Shown piece by piece: positions 63,181 to 64,000 of a stretch of 64,000 nucleotides of DNA (positions are counted from its first letter, which is position 1; each line of letters begins with the position of its first letter). The DNA lies in the NCBI GenBank assembly GCA_033723415.1, contig JAWVXD010000001.1, forward strand, positions 96,001 through 160,000. The letters run 5' to 3'. Made by a program: the position numbers and the translations under genes. The stretch comes from Sulfurospirillaceae bacterium. Lineage in GTDB: Bacteria > Campylobacterota > Campylobacteria > Campylobacterales > Sulfurospirillaceae. Under the pieces are notes generated by a model. The model saw only the letters and a program-made list of their open reading frames with translations, ran no database searches and was not told the origin of the DNA.

Positions 63181-64000
63181 CTGATTCTACTACTTTTGCA
63201 TATATTCTTGCAGATGCTATATCCGCTTCAACGATCTTCACTACTATTTTTTGAAATAATTGTACATTGTTATCAAGTAAAAATAATCGTGCGCCTTTTA
63301 TATCATCATCCAGCTTTGCTATCATGGTTCTTTCTGCATTGGTTACGACTGCTTTAAAGCTCTCTCCTATATGTAACATCGCCCATCTGGCAAATTTTCT
63401 GTCCATAAAATCCCAGGCTACTTTTGCACTTTCTCTCTCTAACTCACTTATCTTGTCGCACAGGGCACCCACGTCTTTTAAAAGATAATTAAATCTTTTT
63501 TTATCTTCATGCATATTTGCTTTTAGGAGTCTATGCAATAAAAGATCACTGTATCTTCGTATCGGAGAGGTGAAGTGCGTATATGATTTGAACCCTAGGC
63601 CAAAATGACCTCTGTTCTCCGGTTCGTATTTTGCTTTTTTTTGAGATCTGATTATTAGTTTATCAACTTCTTTTCTAATGTCTAGATTTAACGCTTTTTC
63701 TTGTATGATTTTTATCATTTTAGGAATATCTGTAGAAAAATCTACATCAATACCTATCATAGCTAAATCATCCAATAAAGATTGCAGTTTGTCATAAGAA
63801 GGGTCATCATGTGTTCTAAATATACCGTATGCTATTTTTTTTGATGCTGCTTTGTTCGCAAGAAGCATACAATCTTCGATGAGTTGATGAGAAGGAGTTT
63901 CGATCTCTTCTGTGGTAGATATGAGATTTTGTTCTTCATCAAGAGTCATTCTTATCTCGCTTGAGCTGAAATCAAATCCTTCTTTTAATCTATTTTCTCT
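63173..64000 (-). CDS. rnr: Ribonuclease R (5' part outside the window)
   Basis: LIEDCMLLAN, HFGLG...YTHFTSPIRRYSDL. The frame stays open to the window edge (RENRLKEGFDF...). Confidence 0.93.
   Translation of the reverse strand, partial: RENRLKEGFDFSSSEIRMTLDEEQNLISTTEEIETPSHQLIEDCMLLANKAASKKIAYGIFRTHDDPSYDKLQSLLDDLAMIGIDVDFSTDIPKMIKIIQEKALNLDIRKEVDKLIIRSQKKAKYEPENRGHFGLGFKSYTHFTSPIRRYSDLLLHRLLKANMHEDKKRFNYLLKDVGALCDKISELERESAKVAWDFMDRKFARWAMLHIGESFKAVVTNAERTMIAKLDDDIKGARLFLLDNNVQLFQKIVVKIVEADIASARIYAKVVESDV

Overview
An AT-rich chromosomal segment from a Campylobacterota (Epsilonproteobacteria), probably a free-living one. The assignment rests on marker genes and synteny: Peb4/Cbf2-fbaA, bioV, mqnC, aroB-mtaB-ftsH2, nadE-DegT-lpxK, fliW-bamD-lon and rnr-holA-rpsF-ssb-rpsR. 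Most of the window is core housekeeping. Accessory features stand out: (1) an N-type (accessory) ATPase whose normally single operon is split into two divergent halves, with unusual substitutions at ion and nucleotide sites; (2) neighbouring CMD/AhpD, PolX-PHP and phosphoribosyltransferase genes; (3) a minimal AI-2 kinase cluster (ABM/LsrG-like, class II aldolase, lsrK) behind a long inverted repeat, with no Lsr transporter, LsrF or LsrR in the window; (4) a type IV pilin-like tip module (1409-aa adhesin plus three minor pilins) carrying about 37 bacterial N-glycosylation sequons by hand count; (5) a ~70-nt two-hairpin intergenic element present twice, each copy supplying the ribosome-binding site of the next gene. 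I saw no rRNA, tRNA, CRISPR array, transposase or integrase. All calls come from motif recognition by eye; no database searches were run.
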